Below, one piece after another: positions 52,001 through 63,464 of a stretch of 64,000 bases of DNA. The stretch spans positions 60,140,001 to 60,204,000 of the forward strand of contig NC_092346.1 in NCBI RefSeq assembly GCF_963676685.1, read 5' to 3'. This DNA is from Mytilus edulis. Lineage: Eukaryota. The notes beneath the pieces are model-generated. The model made no database searches. It worked only from the letters and a program-made list of their open reading frames with translations, and was not told the origin of the DNA. Position numbers and translations under genes: made by a program. How positions within the stretch are numbered: position 1 is the first letter of the stretch; every line of letters begins with the position of its first letter.

Positions 52001-55000
52001 AAATTATTATGTTGCAGAAAAATACGATGTTAAGACAAGTCTAGAGTTTTCGTCGTTGATTCTTGGGGTTAAATAAAAAATCTATGAAGCATGCAAAGTA
52101 GATCACGGTAATTAAAATGTTCTTAAGATATGGAAACTGCAACAGTCGACATGATTGTCGGTTTCTGAGAAGAAGCTCATGAAAAAATCAACCAAGCTGA
52201 GGGGCATCCATCATGCACATGATAAAACGGGCAAACAAATTAATTCTTAAATTGGCACTAGCAACGAGATTTATAAAAAGTCTAAATATAATTTTTTTTT
52301 TTCAATCATTGATGAAAGTGAAATAGTGAAATAATTCGCTATTATCAGCCAGTATGGTTCAATCTTGTCAAAATAAGCTAAGAAACATTGATGATGAATT
52401 ATTCACTTGCAAGTGAATAATTTGACCTCATTGAATCCGTATTCATGTGAACTTTGATTTAACCCCTTAGCTAGATATATATAACGCATGAATTGTGCGT
52501 GTTCAGTTATTTAAAAGGAAAGACTGTCAACATTGAAAGTGAAACAAATGTACATCATTTGAATGAATGATTCGATCCCCAAAAAATCATTCCTATACAG
52601 GTCAAGACGACGATTAACATATATGTTTAACTATAATTAGAAATTAAACAAACCTATAAAATTCCTATTGCACGAGTTCGCTATCTATTTATATCTATAT
52701 GTGTGTTAATTTCGCCTATATGACCATAGGAGGTCTTTGGATAGTCATTTTTTTAGTTAATTATATGGCGCCTAAACTAAATACACACAAAACGAAGCTA
52801 CATAATTATTATCAACCCCATGCCCTGTAAATGGTTTATTTTATACTTTTAATATTTTTGATAAATGTTTTACATTGTTATAAGTCAAATATGAGAATTT
52901 GAGTCAAATCGGTGAACATGAATTCGACAACTGGTGCCCCTTTAACGGCGAATCTATATTCGATCCATGTGGAATAAAATGTTGATACTGTCAAAGACTG
53001 AAATTTCTGTATTTTTTTTATTTTGTCCGCTGTGTGTGCCTCCTGTGAAGAATAAACCCGTTTAGTAAGTTTTACCCAAAAAAAGCAATTTAGAATATTA
53101 AAAATCAACGGTTATCTTAAGAAATAGAAATTAGTGGATGAATTTGGAGATCAACGTCAAACGTAAACGGGCTGCACACAGACGAGATAACCGCAAAACA
53201 AAAGCAGTTTTTTTTAACAAAACTGTGGACCATGTTTATATTGAATCCCTAGACAGAAATATTTTTTATATTTGGGGTGGGGGCAACCATTATCTATCCA
53301 AACAAATGTTATAGATTATGAAAATTTCACTAACTCAGATTAAAAAAATAAACAATGCATATTTCAAAGGTCATGTATTCGTGGTCTACATGATGAAATG
53401 CAAAAAATAGTGAAGTTATTCTGTATTACTTGTTATATTGGTAATACTATGTCTATGATAAAATTGTAGTATTTTGGTAAGATTAAAAAAACAGGTTAAA
53501 CTTAATGCAAGCTGAAGTACATCAATATTTGAAATCAAGTGGATGTATGCGTGTCAACTTTTTAAAAATCTACAAATACTACCAATTTCCGTCTTAGAGC
53601 AGGAATGGGAATAAATCTGGTACATGATTGGTAAAAGGATGTTTTTCCAAAATTAATAGATTTAATTTCAAATATCAATCACAACTTAAAGTAGAATACT
53701 TTATTTATGTCAGAATAAAACGCACTGTTTACCTTGGTGCCAAGGTACTGTTGTAGCTTCATTTTGAGGAGTCTTTGTTCGTAAATTCCACACAGGATGT
53801 CCTGCTATTTCGGGTCCAATTAACTGTTCCACCACGTTTAACATTCGTTCATTACTCCATAAGTCTTTGAATGCCTATAAAGAGGATTAAGTTTTCAATG
53901 TAATTAAGATATAGATCTCTAATTTCGTTATGCTTATATGAATACATGAGTTCCGATAGATCTGAATATTAATCGGAGAGATAAAGGTTTTACTAGGTTG
54001 TTTATAGAGAAAAATTGCTCATCCTTGTTTACTTCTTTAGTAGCTCGATTTATGGTATCATGCAACAATTTACAATTACAACTTTTCCTTAATCGTAATG
54101 CAAATTAATCAATACTGCACTAAAAGTAGTTTATAAATGCATCATCATACACATGTGCATGTACATGGTTTAGTAGTTATTTTGATAAGTATGTTGTTTC
54201 CATTTCAGTTCTAAGCTTATGTCGTTGAACTGAACTTGGAGACGGTGACCTTTAAATTTATAAGATGTTGCTCTTGTTGTTACTCATTCGGGACTTAACA
54301 AAGTACGTAAAAACAAAGTTCAATAAACTGGTCTATAGCGCTGGGTACTGTACAGGCGGTGTTGTATCGATATCATAATAGCATGAGCAAAGACAATTAT
54401 AAAACATCTAATGTGTAGCTAGCTATTAATTAAACCAGGTTTAATTCACCGTTTTCTACATGAGTAAATGCCTGTACCAAGTCAGGAATTTGACAGTTGT
54501 TATCTATTCGTTTGATGTGTTTGAGCTTTTGATTTTGCCATTTGATTAGGGACTTTCGGTTTTGAATTTTCCTCGGAGTTCAGTATTTTTGTGATTTTAC
54601 TTTTTATATCCCTATGTTCTATATACAGCTATGTATACAAAGCTACATAGTATCGAGCCTTTTTGTCGATTTTTAAAACGAGTTCTCAAACAGTTAGTCT
54701 TTAAAATCTTATAGAGTTTTGGGGCTTGAGTACATTCCAAGCTGATTTTAATAATTGCGAATAAAAATATATACTTTGGTCTTATTTATTGTAATTAAAC
54801 TTACAATTCATTCCATTCTTCGAATCTTTACATAAAAACCCACAATATTGAAACTCACCTGGGCTAACTGGTCTCCTTTGTGAAGAAGAATATTGGCCCC
54901 TGGAAAATCTTTTTCAATGGCAGTCAGTCGTTCAAAGAATCCGAGTTCTCGATATAAACCTGAAATCACATAAGGATAACTATTACTATTTGTTTTATTT

Positions 55001-56145
55001 AATTGCCCAGCACTCTCTCTCTCTCTCACACGGCCATACATATACTAAATGACAATTAGAAATTAAATGTTATGAAAATATCGTCAATTGAGCTTTGTTG
55101 TTTGTACTTGTTGGTTATGATGATGAAATATCTGATATATTGGTTAGCACATCTTTACTGGATTTTCATACTTATTTGAAATAACATTAACGATTAAAGT
55201 TCTACGCCAGATGCATGCGTATTTCGACAATAAATGTGACTTCAGTGATGCTCGAGGCCAAAACGTTAGAAAACCATAGCTTATCAATCAGATGAAGAGT
55301 TATAACCAAATAGGACCAAAAAAATATTAGCTAAAGGTGGGAAAGGAATCAGAACTTTGCAAGAAGGAGAATTATTCCTTAATATGAAATAATTTCCAAA
55401 ATTTTGTAAAACCACTACAAAAAAAGCCGTACTTTCATGAAAGACATCTATGGTTATGGAAGGACTTAGTCTATTTAACAAAACCCAGTACATACTTTTA
55501 ATGCGCTTGGTGTTGTACAGTTTTTGTGCCAACTCTTCTACTAGTTCATTAACAGCATCTCTGCATGGATCTATTTCATCCCTATTGAAAAATTTCTCCA
55601 CGATGACGTACCCCTGAAAAATTAAAACAACTTTCAATCAAAACACGAAGTGATCTATGACAGGCGATAACGTTAAAATGGGGGGGAAATCATGGCATTT
55701 CGAGACTTGTCTTCTTTTATTCCCTTTTCAAATTTGTAATGATATCGAAATAAAATAACATTGAAATATTTTGTTTTAGAATATAATTATCATTTATCTA
55801 AGCATGAAATCTATAACAAAAGTTTTCACCATTATGTTGACATATAACGTGTTACCTCATTCTACAAATTATAGTTTTCGTAAAGCGCTTTTTTTTAAAA
55901 TTATTATTATGAATGTTTGGCGTATCAGATCAAAACCACCAAAATTGACAACCAAATCTAATTGAGTTCCGTGTAATGTTTATAAAATAATATTTTCATT
56001 TTGTACTTACATCTTCAAAGAATTGTTTAATTTCGTCATCTGAGAGCTGTCCTAGTTTCTGAGTTGTAATTTTCGGTCTTGCATTCGAATTGAAATAATC
56101 CGGAAAAGTTTCCCCGGTATATCCGTGAGGGACTGTCGGCGGCAT
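49081..56145 (-). CDS. Phytanoyl-CoA dioxygenase (PhyH) family Fe(II)/2OG oxygenase, 9 coding exons, 372 aa
   Basis: Exons 56145-56011, 55613-55496, 54959-54859, 53874-53733, 51801-51707, 51168-51063, 50525-50441, 49986-49785 and 49215-49081 are all GT-AG, phase-consistent and total 1119 nt. Motifs: FFEDGYVIVE, VPWHQD (HxD), TAWIPLLDANEKNGCM, NNLIPHRSLPN (distal His), IRWSLDLRW (2OG-binding Arg). Confidence 0.92.
50114..50158 (-). ncRNA. Intronic hammerhead motif with mutated core (CUGGUGA) in a retrozyme-like fragment (~50078-50330)
   Basis: Reverse complement GCGTCA-CTGGTGA-GTCTTTTGTAGAC-GAAA-CGCGCGTC-TGGCGT, in PhyH intron 7, sense orientation. Confidence 0.65.
52251..52941. mobile_element. 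Non-autonomous TTAA-targeting TIR element (Kolobok-like) in PhyH intron 4
   Basis: TTAA|ATTGGCACTAGC...ACTGGTGCCCCT|TTAA. An inverted partial copy at ~56790-57107 ends GCTAGTGCCCC. Confidence 0.6.
54420..54605 (-). repeat. Abundant dispersed repeat (AAAAGTAAAATCACAAAAATACTGAACTCCGAGGAAAATTCAAAAC family)
   Basis: Related copies at ~1275-1360, ~6625-6760, ~16740-16965, ~21040-21155, ~43430-43600 and ~44560-44740. Confidence 0.7.
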
Positions 56146-57671
56146 GGTCTATATGAACTCAAAGAATGTGTTAAAGGACCTACTTAATGATACAAGTAAT
56201 ACTACTTTTGGTGGCCAAGGTCAAATATTTATCTGTTATCTTAATCATATACAAATTTATAAAGTTGCTTGTATAGTTGATAACATGTAGATAATAATTT
56301 GATAACATGTAGATAAAATTTTTATACAATTTATAGGAAACAGAGGTGTTATTGTCTCTTGTTGCTGGCATAAGTCACTGTGACTATAAAAAAAATAGTA
56401 TGATTTAAAAAGTATAAAATAAACAATTTACAGGGCATGGGCTCGATAATATGCAACTTCGTTTCGTGTGTATTTTAGTCTAGACGCAATATCATGAATT
56501 TACTATTGAGTTGTGGGCCTCCGAAAACCTCCGATGGTCATATAAATGATAAAAACATAAACAAGGCTCCGTGTTGAAGACCGTACCTTGACCTTTAATG
56601 GTTTACTTTTATAAATTATGATTTGGATGCAGATTTGTCTCATTGGCACTCATACCACATCTTCCTATATCTTTAAAGAGAATTGGACTCGTGCAATTTG
56701 ATTTTTCTAGTTCTGTTTAACTTCATAATATAGATTAAAACTACATGTTAATCAGCGTTTTACCTCCATAACAATGATGTTTTGTCGATCGAATCAGCCA
56801 ATCAAATGATTTACCTTTGTTTCACTTTCAATGTTGACATACTTTACCTTAAAATAACTCAACACGCACAATGCATGCGTTATCAATCTCTAGCTAAGGA
56901 GTGAAATTGAAGTTCACATGAATACTGATCTAATGAGGTCGAATTATTCACTAGCATTTGATGTTTTTAGCTTATTTTGACAAAATTAAACCATCTTGAC
57001 AGCCGCTAAAAGCGAATTATTATTTCACTCTTTGCAAGTTTCATTAATGATTGAACAAAACAAATCATATTCTAAATTTGTAAATATTTCTCGTAGCTAG
57101 TGCCCCATTTAAATTATTTCAACTGTCATACTTTCTAGCTCACCTTGCCCAAATGAAATGAGTTAACAGAAAACAAAGAGGTATACCACATATTAAAACA
57201 TGATAAACTGATACAAACTATGATACATTAATACCATTGTATTTTTTATATAATGGTTTATGTATAATGAAATATGTAATCACTTCATGTTAACGCACGG
57301 AAAAATAAACTAAAATTGTAAGTGGTTAGACATTCATACATGTCAGATCATGTCAGGTAGAACGTACTTGGTCAGATCACATTCACAGAACATTTGTTTT
57401 GCCCTCCCCCTTTTCCGTATTCTTGGTATTTTTTTAATTTCTAGGTGTATATCTTAGATACCTGTAACACTATGTTACAATGTCTAATGAATACCAACAA
57501 TATTAATTCATGCTTTTATTCCTCAGAAATTTATAAAATGACAAATCAGACGTGCGTTGTTTGTTTGAGTGACACGGAATTGACTTTCGTCTTTTCCGAT
57601 GATGGGTCTTTATTATATTTTGAAAACTGATTATCTCCCTTATACAGAAGAAAAGAAATGAACAGCTGAGC

Positions 57672-58124
57672 AGGCCCGAGACCACAATTAATTCCTCTAT
57701 TAGTTCTTTATAATGTTTTGTCTCATTAAAAAAAATTGACCTATTCTTTTTGGCAGATCTTTTGTGTGTGTAATGTACAGTACAAGTCCAAAAATATGTC
57801 CAAGTTTCAGAAAAATTGCACATATACAACTTACAAATTTAGCCAATACACATCCATACCCCTATGGACAAGTCAAGAGATGTTCCGAAAACTGTAAATA
57901 TCACCTTTTTGCACCTGACCTAATCACTCTTTCCATATCAAAATCTGTTAAAATTAAACATCTAAAAATTTATTTCACCTCTCTTCTTTCATTTCCACCT
58001 TATAAAAGCTAAGAAATGTTTGAGAAAAGGAAAGAAAAAAATTTAAGAAGAAATACACTTTAATTAAAGGGAACTATATTCGTGAACAACGAAAAGTGGG
58101 GTCATTAATTGTGGTCTTGGGCCT
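57672..58124 (+). repeat. Left long terminal direct repeat (LTDR 1), 453 bp, with its own TIRs
   Basis: AGGCCCGAGACCACAATTAAT ... ATTAATTGTGGTCTTGGGCCT (20/21 inverted match). I found one difference from LTDRs 2-4 (T at 57946 versus A). Confidence 0.92.
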
Positions 58125-59211
58125 ATTAGACCCTTTTTCTTCAATATAATGCCCCAAAAAATGGCACGCATTAAGTTTATTCTATATCCAACTAGCATAC
58201 CAAATATCAAATCAATCCGACAAGTTTTATGGCAGTTCTGATAGTTTTAATAACACTACCCTCAGGTTGATAATTGTAGGTATTTTCTGGCTTGAAATTA
58301 TAAAAACATGAAACTACTAGGAAAAGTAAAAGTTTAATAACTTTCTTGTTAAACATGATATCTTAAAAAAGTAAAATGTCTATAGTAGCTAAATGGTTAT
58401 ATTTCTAGAATCTGAAAGAAAATTTATAAAAAAATATGTTTTTTCAATTGAAATTAATTTTTTTTTAAATTTTTTTTTTTAATTTAGCTAACATACCAAC
58501 ACTAGATATAAAAAAATCCATTTAAAATATTTAAAAAGAAAATTTACATTCAAAACTTATCTTAAAAAATTGCTTATCTTATCTGTAATAAGTAAAATAT
58601 AACATAAACACTAATTAGTCATAGTTCACAGGTACTTGGCCTATTTACCTGAGGTACCAATATTCAAGTGTAACATCAGGTCAGATTACATGTAAAGACA
58701 ATTTCAAACTTGTGTAATTTCTTTATTCCTTGAAATATTCCTCTAAAATAAACTTTTTAGTGAAGTTTTCTGTTTTGTTTATCCTTATAGATAAAAAGAA
58801 TTTAATTTTCTAACAGATTTCTGTAAAAAAAAACAGTTATTAAAAATTATCCTGAATTTTGAGAAATAAATTATCTAAAACATTAATAAAAAAAATAAAT
58901 ATGCTTCTTTGTTCAATTAATCTCTTAATAAATGATTAAGTAACCTATTTCAATAGATTTGGATAAAACAATCTTTATCTGGACCCCTAATAGTACATTA
59001 ATTGGCTTAGTTGGATACTGCTAAGAAAACTCTGTTAATTCAAAGTTGCCTCTGAAGGTGGTCTCTTGAAATCCATGTCACAGACTGCATCAAAAGAAAA
59101 CATGTACATCAAAGCAGATATCATACAGTGCTTGATTATAAATATAAGGATGTCCAAAGTTTATGCTATCAGTCCAAGTTGTGATATTACGGATCCAGTT
59201 AAATTTTTAAA

Positions 59212-61215
59212 ATGTTCACTAAAGGTTATACCCCATATAGCAAAGGCAAGAAGAGGTCAAAGAAAGACAACTCTCCAAGAAATCCTGGATGGTTCCCTGT
59301 AGGCACAAGTGGTAGAAGCAGGAGCCGGACGCCAATACAGATCCCTGATTCAGCTAGTGCAAGTACTTCCTACGTGCGGCAAACTTTACAATCTCCTGAC
59401 TGTGAAAAGGCTACTGGTCACATCTGTACTCTTCGACCGCAAGCGAATGCTAACCTGAAAATAGAAGAAAACAACGCATTACATTCTGGTATGAGATTGA
59501 TAGACAGTGAACTGACAACCAGCTTGATCAACACTACTTATGATAAACATAAAGTGGAGTCACCATCCTGTCCTAGGATGAATGTGGACTATCATGAACA
59601 GAAAAAGTGGGGAACTTGCTGGCAGTATACCCTGAAATGCAAAACCTGTGGTTTTATTGGAGACAGAATGAAGATGTATAAAGAAATAGCTAATGGCAAA
59701 CCAGGACCCAACCCAGGACAACCAAATGTAGCCCTTGCATCTGCTTTGCAGGATTGCCCAATTGGTAATACCACGGTGCAGCAACTACTTGCAGGAGTTG
59801 ACACACCACCACCATGCCGAAGCAGTATGCAACGCACATCTAACAGAGTAGCAGCTGAAATGGTCAATCTCAACAAAACAGACATGGCACAGAAACTTGA
59901 ACTAGTAAAAGAAGAGAACAGAAAGAGAGGTGTACCAGAAAATGAAATCAACATAACTGTGGATGCTAGATACAACAGCAATACAATTGTTAGTAAAAAG
60001 AAGCCGGGTCAGAATGCCACTCAAGCATTCGCACTTGGTATTGAAACAATGACAGACAGAAAGTTTATTGTAGCTGCAGTTGTGCAGAACAAGATGTGCT
60101 GGAGAGGGGCTTGGCTTAGAGGGAAAGGCTTTCCAATAGAATGTCCTGGTCATGAAGAATGTACTTCAAATTTATACAGAGCTGCTGCCCTGTCAGAGTA
60201 TGAGCTGGGAAAAGAGATGGGGAACCAGCTAGGACTACAGAAATTTCTTGTACGGTATGTGACCACAGATGGAGATGGACGTTCAGCTAGAGGTATTGAA
60301 GATGCTATTAAAGCTCTGGAACCAATGTGGGAGGTAGAAAGACTAGCAGATCCAGTACATTTGGGGCAGTCTCAATTCAGGGCCTCTAATCGTGCTCAAT
60401 ACAGTGCGGGAATGTTCCATGGTAAAACAAAAGAAGAAAATAGACAACTAAAGACAGTGTTTAGCAAAGATATTAAGTGCAGATGCTCCATGATAATTAA
60501 TAAACTGATGGAAAAGTACGACAAAAACATTCACGATATGAGTAAAGACTTACCAAAAGTTCTAGATGCAACTCTTCGCTGCTATGATGGTGACTGCACC
60601 CTGTGTCAGGAACATTCCATTGTCTGCAAAGGTGATGCTGCACTTAACTGGTGGAGTCGTTCCCATTACTTGTCCACATACCAAATCACTGCCCTGCAAA
60701 TGGATAAAACAGACAAATTTTTACTACAAGAAATCCTGAAAATGAAACTAACAAAAGCAGCTGTTAAAAGTATGAAACTGTATGATAATACAAATAAAAA
60801 TGAAGGAGTTCACAGAGCAATGAGTGTAAATTTGCCAAAAAATGTAATTTACTCCAAAAATATGGAAGGACGACTTGCCTCAGGAGTGCATCGAAATAAC
60901 AATATGCCAGGAACTTCAACCCAACTGAAATGTAAGAATTTAGGAGTAGACCTTTCAACTAGAAGTCAACTTTACCTGAAGAAAATGGACACCAACTTCA
61001 AATACAGTCAGGATTATGAACTGAGACCAGCAGTTCAAGAAAGGAGATTACAGCAGAGTGCAGAAAAGTTAGCCGAGCACAAAACATGGAGGGAAATGAA
61101 TAAAAAGCACGATTATTACTGCAAAGACCAATTAGATCCACAACCTGCCTTACATTTCCAGGACCATGACAGCTACTGTAAACCGAAGCTCAATCCAAGA
61201 CCTGCTGCTGACTGA
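59212..61215 (+). CDS. Kolobok-type ('Mutator-like' domain) DDD/E transposase, 667 aa
   Basis: Uninterrupted ORF with a CxxC zinc motif (CKTCG) and candidate catalytic residues D251 (ITVDARYNS), D353 (TTDGD) and E531 (TNKNEGVH), plus a DxxH motif (D380-H383). Confidence 0.88.
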   Translation: MFTKGYTPYSKGKKRSKKDNSPRNPGWFPVGTSGRSRSRTPIQIPDSASASTSYVRQTLQSPDCEKATGHICTLRPQANANLKIEENNALHSGMRLIDSELTTSLINTTYDKHKVESPSCPRMNVDYHEQKKWGTCWQYTLKCKTCGFIGDRMKMYKEIANGKPGPNPGQPNVALASALQDCPIGNTTVQQLLAGVDTPPPCRSSMQRTSNRVAAEMVNLNKTDMAQKLELVKEENRKRGVPENEINITVDARYNSNTIVSKKKPGQNATQAFALGIETMTDRKFIVAAVVQNKMCWRGAWLRGKGFPIECPGHEECTSNLYRAAALSEYELGKEMGNQLGLQKFLVRYVTTDGDGRSARGIEDAIKALEPMWEVERLADPVHLGQSQFRASNRAQYSAGMFHGKTKEENRQLKTVFSKDIKCRCSMIINKLMEKYDKNIHDMSKDLPKVLDATLRCYDGDCTLCQEHSIVCKGDAALNWWSRSHYLSTYQITALQMDKTDKFLLQEILKMKLTKAAVKSMKLYDNTNKNEGVHRAMSVNLPKNVIYSKNMEGRLASGVHRNNNMPGTSTQLKCKNLGVDLSTRSQLYLKKMDTNFKYSQDYELRPAVQERRLQQSAEKLAEHKTWREMNKKHDYYCKDQLDPQPALHFQDHDSYCKPKLNPRPAAD

Positions 61216-61348
61216 GATACCAGCTGATCCACCTAAAGACCAACAGCAAACAGAATCATAAAAGGTCCTTTTAAGGGCCACACAAATATTAAAAAAAGAA
61301 TCTGAATTTGTTGTACATCAGTCTTGAAATTTCTTTTCTTTTTCTCCC

Positions 61349-61813
61349 TCATTTCAATTTTTTTGCCAGCCCTTCCCTTGGATAGTTATAAAAATAAATG
61401 TACCCAATTAATATTTTACCCAAATTATTATTATCCATTTTCAACTCCACTCTACAGGGAGGGAGGGGTTCTGGGTGGCCCAAGCAGGAACAGGTTGAAA
61501 CGCATGACTGTCGGCTGTTGTTGAAGCCATGAGGTTCCAACGACAGATGCCCGACAGTAATACATTTAGAATTGTGGCACAGGTGCGAAACATCATAAGA
61601 TTTATCAATAAAAATATTCTGATGATGCACCATGTAGGCAAGCCTGTGCACATGCATTTGTCTCCACCCTCTGGCATCTGGAAATTTACAATTTATAACC
61701 CCATATTTGCCATTAGGTGTACATAAACCTGTCCAAATTTGACACTGCCCATTATAGCCAGGTGCAGAGCTATCATTCAGTTTTTGTCTATATTTTTGTA
61801 AAAATGCATCCAT
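61349..61813 (-). CDS. His-Me finger (His-Cys box homing-endonuclease-like) nuclease, 154 aa
   Basis: CQIWTG...YG...VHRLAY...DVSHLCHNSKC...HL...NNSR..C...C.GH....PC. This is the I-PpoI-like zinc-binding/His-Me pattern, with candidate catalytic H77 and metal-binding N98. Confidence 0.88.
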   Translation of the reverse strand: MDAFLQKYRQKLNDSSAPGYNGQCQIWTGLCTPNGKYGVINCKFPDARGWRQMHVHRLAYMVHHQNIFIDKSYDVSHLCHNSKCITVGHLSLEPHGFNNSRQSCVSTCSCLGHPEPLPPCRVELKMDNNNLGKILIGYIYFYNYPREGLAKKLK

Positions 61814-62089
61814 TTTGAAGATATTGTTTTAGAAAGACATAAGAGTAGTAATATATTCTAAAAATAAAAAGGGGTCCAACAGAATTGACAGAAAGGGCTG
61901 AAACAGGGGTCAAAGGTTTTTCAGTGCATCAAAATGGCCAAAAATACCCCCAAAGTGCCCATTATCCCAGAATCATGATATATATAAGTTAAAAATACAA
62001 TAATCAACTAGTATTTATCATTTGAAGTGACTTTCTGCCAATAAAGTTGGTCAATTCTTTATTTTCAAGATTTTGGGAATCAGCCTCTT

Positions 62090-63464
62090 AGGCCCGAGAC
62101 CACAATTAATTCCTCTATTAGTTCTTTATAATGTTTTGTCTCATTAAAAAAAATTGACCTATTCTTTTTGGCAGATCTTTTGTGTGTGTAATGTACAGTA
62201 CAAGTCCAAAAATATGTCCAAGTTTCAGAAAAATTGCACATATACAACTTACAAATTTAGCCAATACACATCCATACCCCTATGGACAAGTCAAGAGATG
62301 TTCCGAAAACTGTAAATATCACCTTTTTGCACCTGACCTAATCACTCTTTCCATATCAAAATCAGTTAAAATTAAACATCTAAAAATTTATTTCACCTCT
62401 CTTCTTTCATTTCCACCTTATAAAAGCTAAGAAATGTTTGAGAAAAGGAAAGAAAAAAATTTAAGAAGAAATACACTTTAATTAAAGGGAACTATATTCG
62501 TGAACAACGAAAAGTGGGGTCATTAATTGTGGTCTTGGGCCTATTATCTTAGGCCCGAGACCACAATTAATTCCTCTATTAGTTCTTTATAATGTTTTGT
62601 CTCATTAAAAAAAATTGACCTATTCTTTTTGGCAGATCTTTTGTGTGTGTAATGTACAGTACAAGTCCAAAAATATGTCCAAGTTTCAGAAAAATTGCAC
62701 ATATACAACTTACAAATTTAGCCAATACACATCCATACCCCTATGGACAAGTCAAGAGATGTTCCGAAAACTGTAAATATCACCTTTTTGCACCTGACCT
62801 AATCACTCTTTCCATATCAAAATCAGTTAAAATTAAACATCTAAAAATTTATTTCACCTCTCTTCTTTCATTTCCACCTTATAAAAGCTAAGAAATGTTT
62901 GAGAAAAGGAAAGAAAAAAATTTAAGAAGAAATACACTTTAATTAAAGGGAACTATATTCGTGAACAACGAAAAGTGGGGTCATTAATTGTGGTCTTGGG
63001 CCTATTATCTTAGGCCCGAGACCACAATTAATTCCTCTATTAGTTCTTTATAATGTTTTGTCTCATTAAAAAAAATTGACCTATTCTTTTTGGCAGATCT
63101 TTTGTGTGTGTAATGTACAGTACAAGTCCAAAAATATGTCCAAGTTTCAGAAAAATTGCACATATACAACTTACAAATTTAGCCAATACACATCCATACC
63201 CCTATGGACAAGTCAAGAGATGTTCCGAAAACTGTAAATATCACCTTTTTGCACCTGACCTAATCACTCTTTCCATATCAAAATCAGTTAAAATTAAACA
63301 TCTAAAAATTTATTTCACCTCTCTTCTTTCATTTCCACCTTATAAAAGCTAAGAAATGTTTGAGAAAAGGAAAGAAAAAAATTTAAGAAGAAATACACTT
63401 TAATTAAAGGGAACTATATTCGTGAACAACGAAAAGTGGGGTCATTAATTGTGGTCTTGGGCCT
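62090..63464 (+). repeat. Tandem array of three LTDRs (62090-62542, 62551-63003, 63012-63464; period 461 bp)
   Basis: Apparently identical 453-bp units separated by the 8-bp spacer ATTATCTT. Confidence 0.93.

Larger units (their letters stand above)
57672..62542 (+). mobile_element. KolobokP-type composite DNA transposon (LTDR-INT-LTDR, 4871 bp), apparently intact
   Basis: 453-bp direct repeats at 57672-58124 and 62090-62542, each bounded by 21-bp TIRs (AGG...CCT). The internal region 58125-62089 encodes a DDD/E transposase and a convergent His-Me finger nuclease. Confidence 0.9.

Noticed and set aside
55284-55637. Stand-alone 117-aa ORF (likewise 54808-55041 and 49749-49976)
   Set aside because: These are PhyH exons 2, 3 and 8 read through into intron sequence.
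58001-58008. TATAAAAG box in each LTDR as the transposase promoter
   Set aside because: Lies 1.2 kb from the ATG in very AT-rich DNA and is not supportable without TSS data.
57764-58012. 82-aa ORF repeated four times (also 62182, 62643, 63104)
   Set aside because: Begins at GTG, lies wholly within the LTDR and has no recognisable motif. The repetition simply reflects the repeat.
59560-60958. Antisense ORFs within the transposase, and those opposite the receptor genes (241, 22359, 34370)
   Set aside because: Shadow frames of real coding sequence with no independent motifs.
57672-62542. LTR retrotransposon interpretation
   Set aside because: The repeats end AGG...CCT rather than TG...CA, and no gag, RT or integrase is present. 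The interior encodes a DNA transposase.
62090-63464. CRISPR-like array
   Set aside because: Units are 453 bp with identical 8-bp spacers, there are no cas genes, and the context is eukaryotic.
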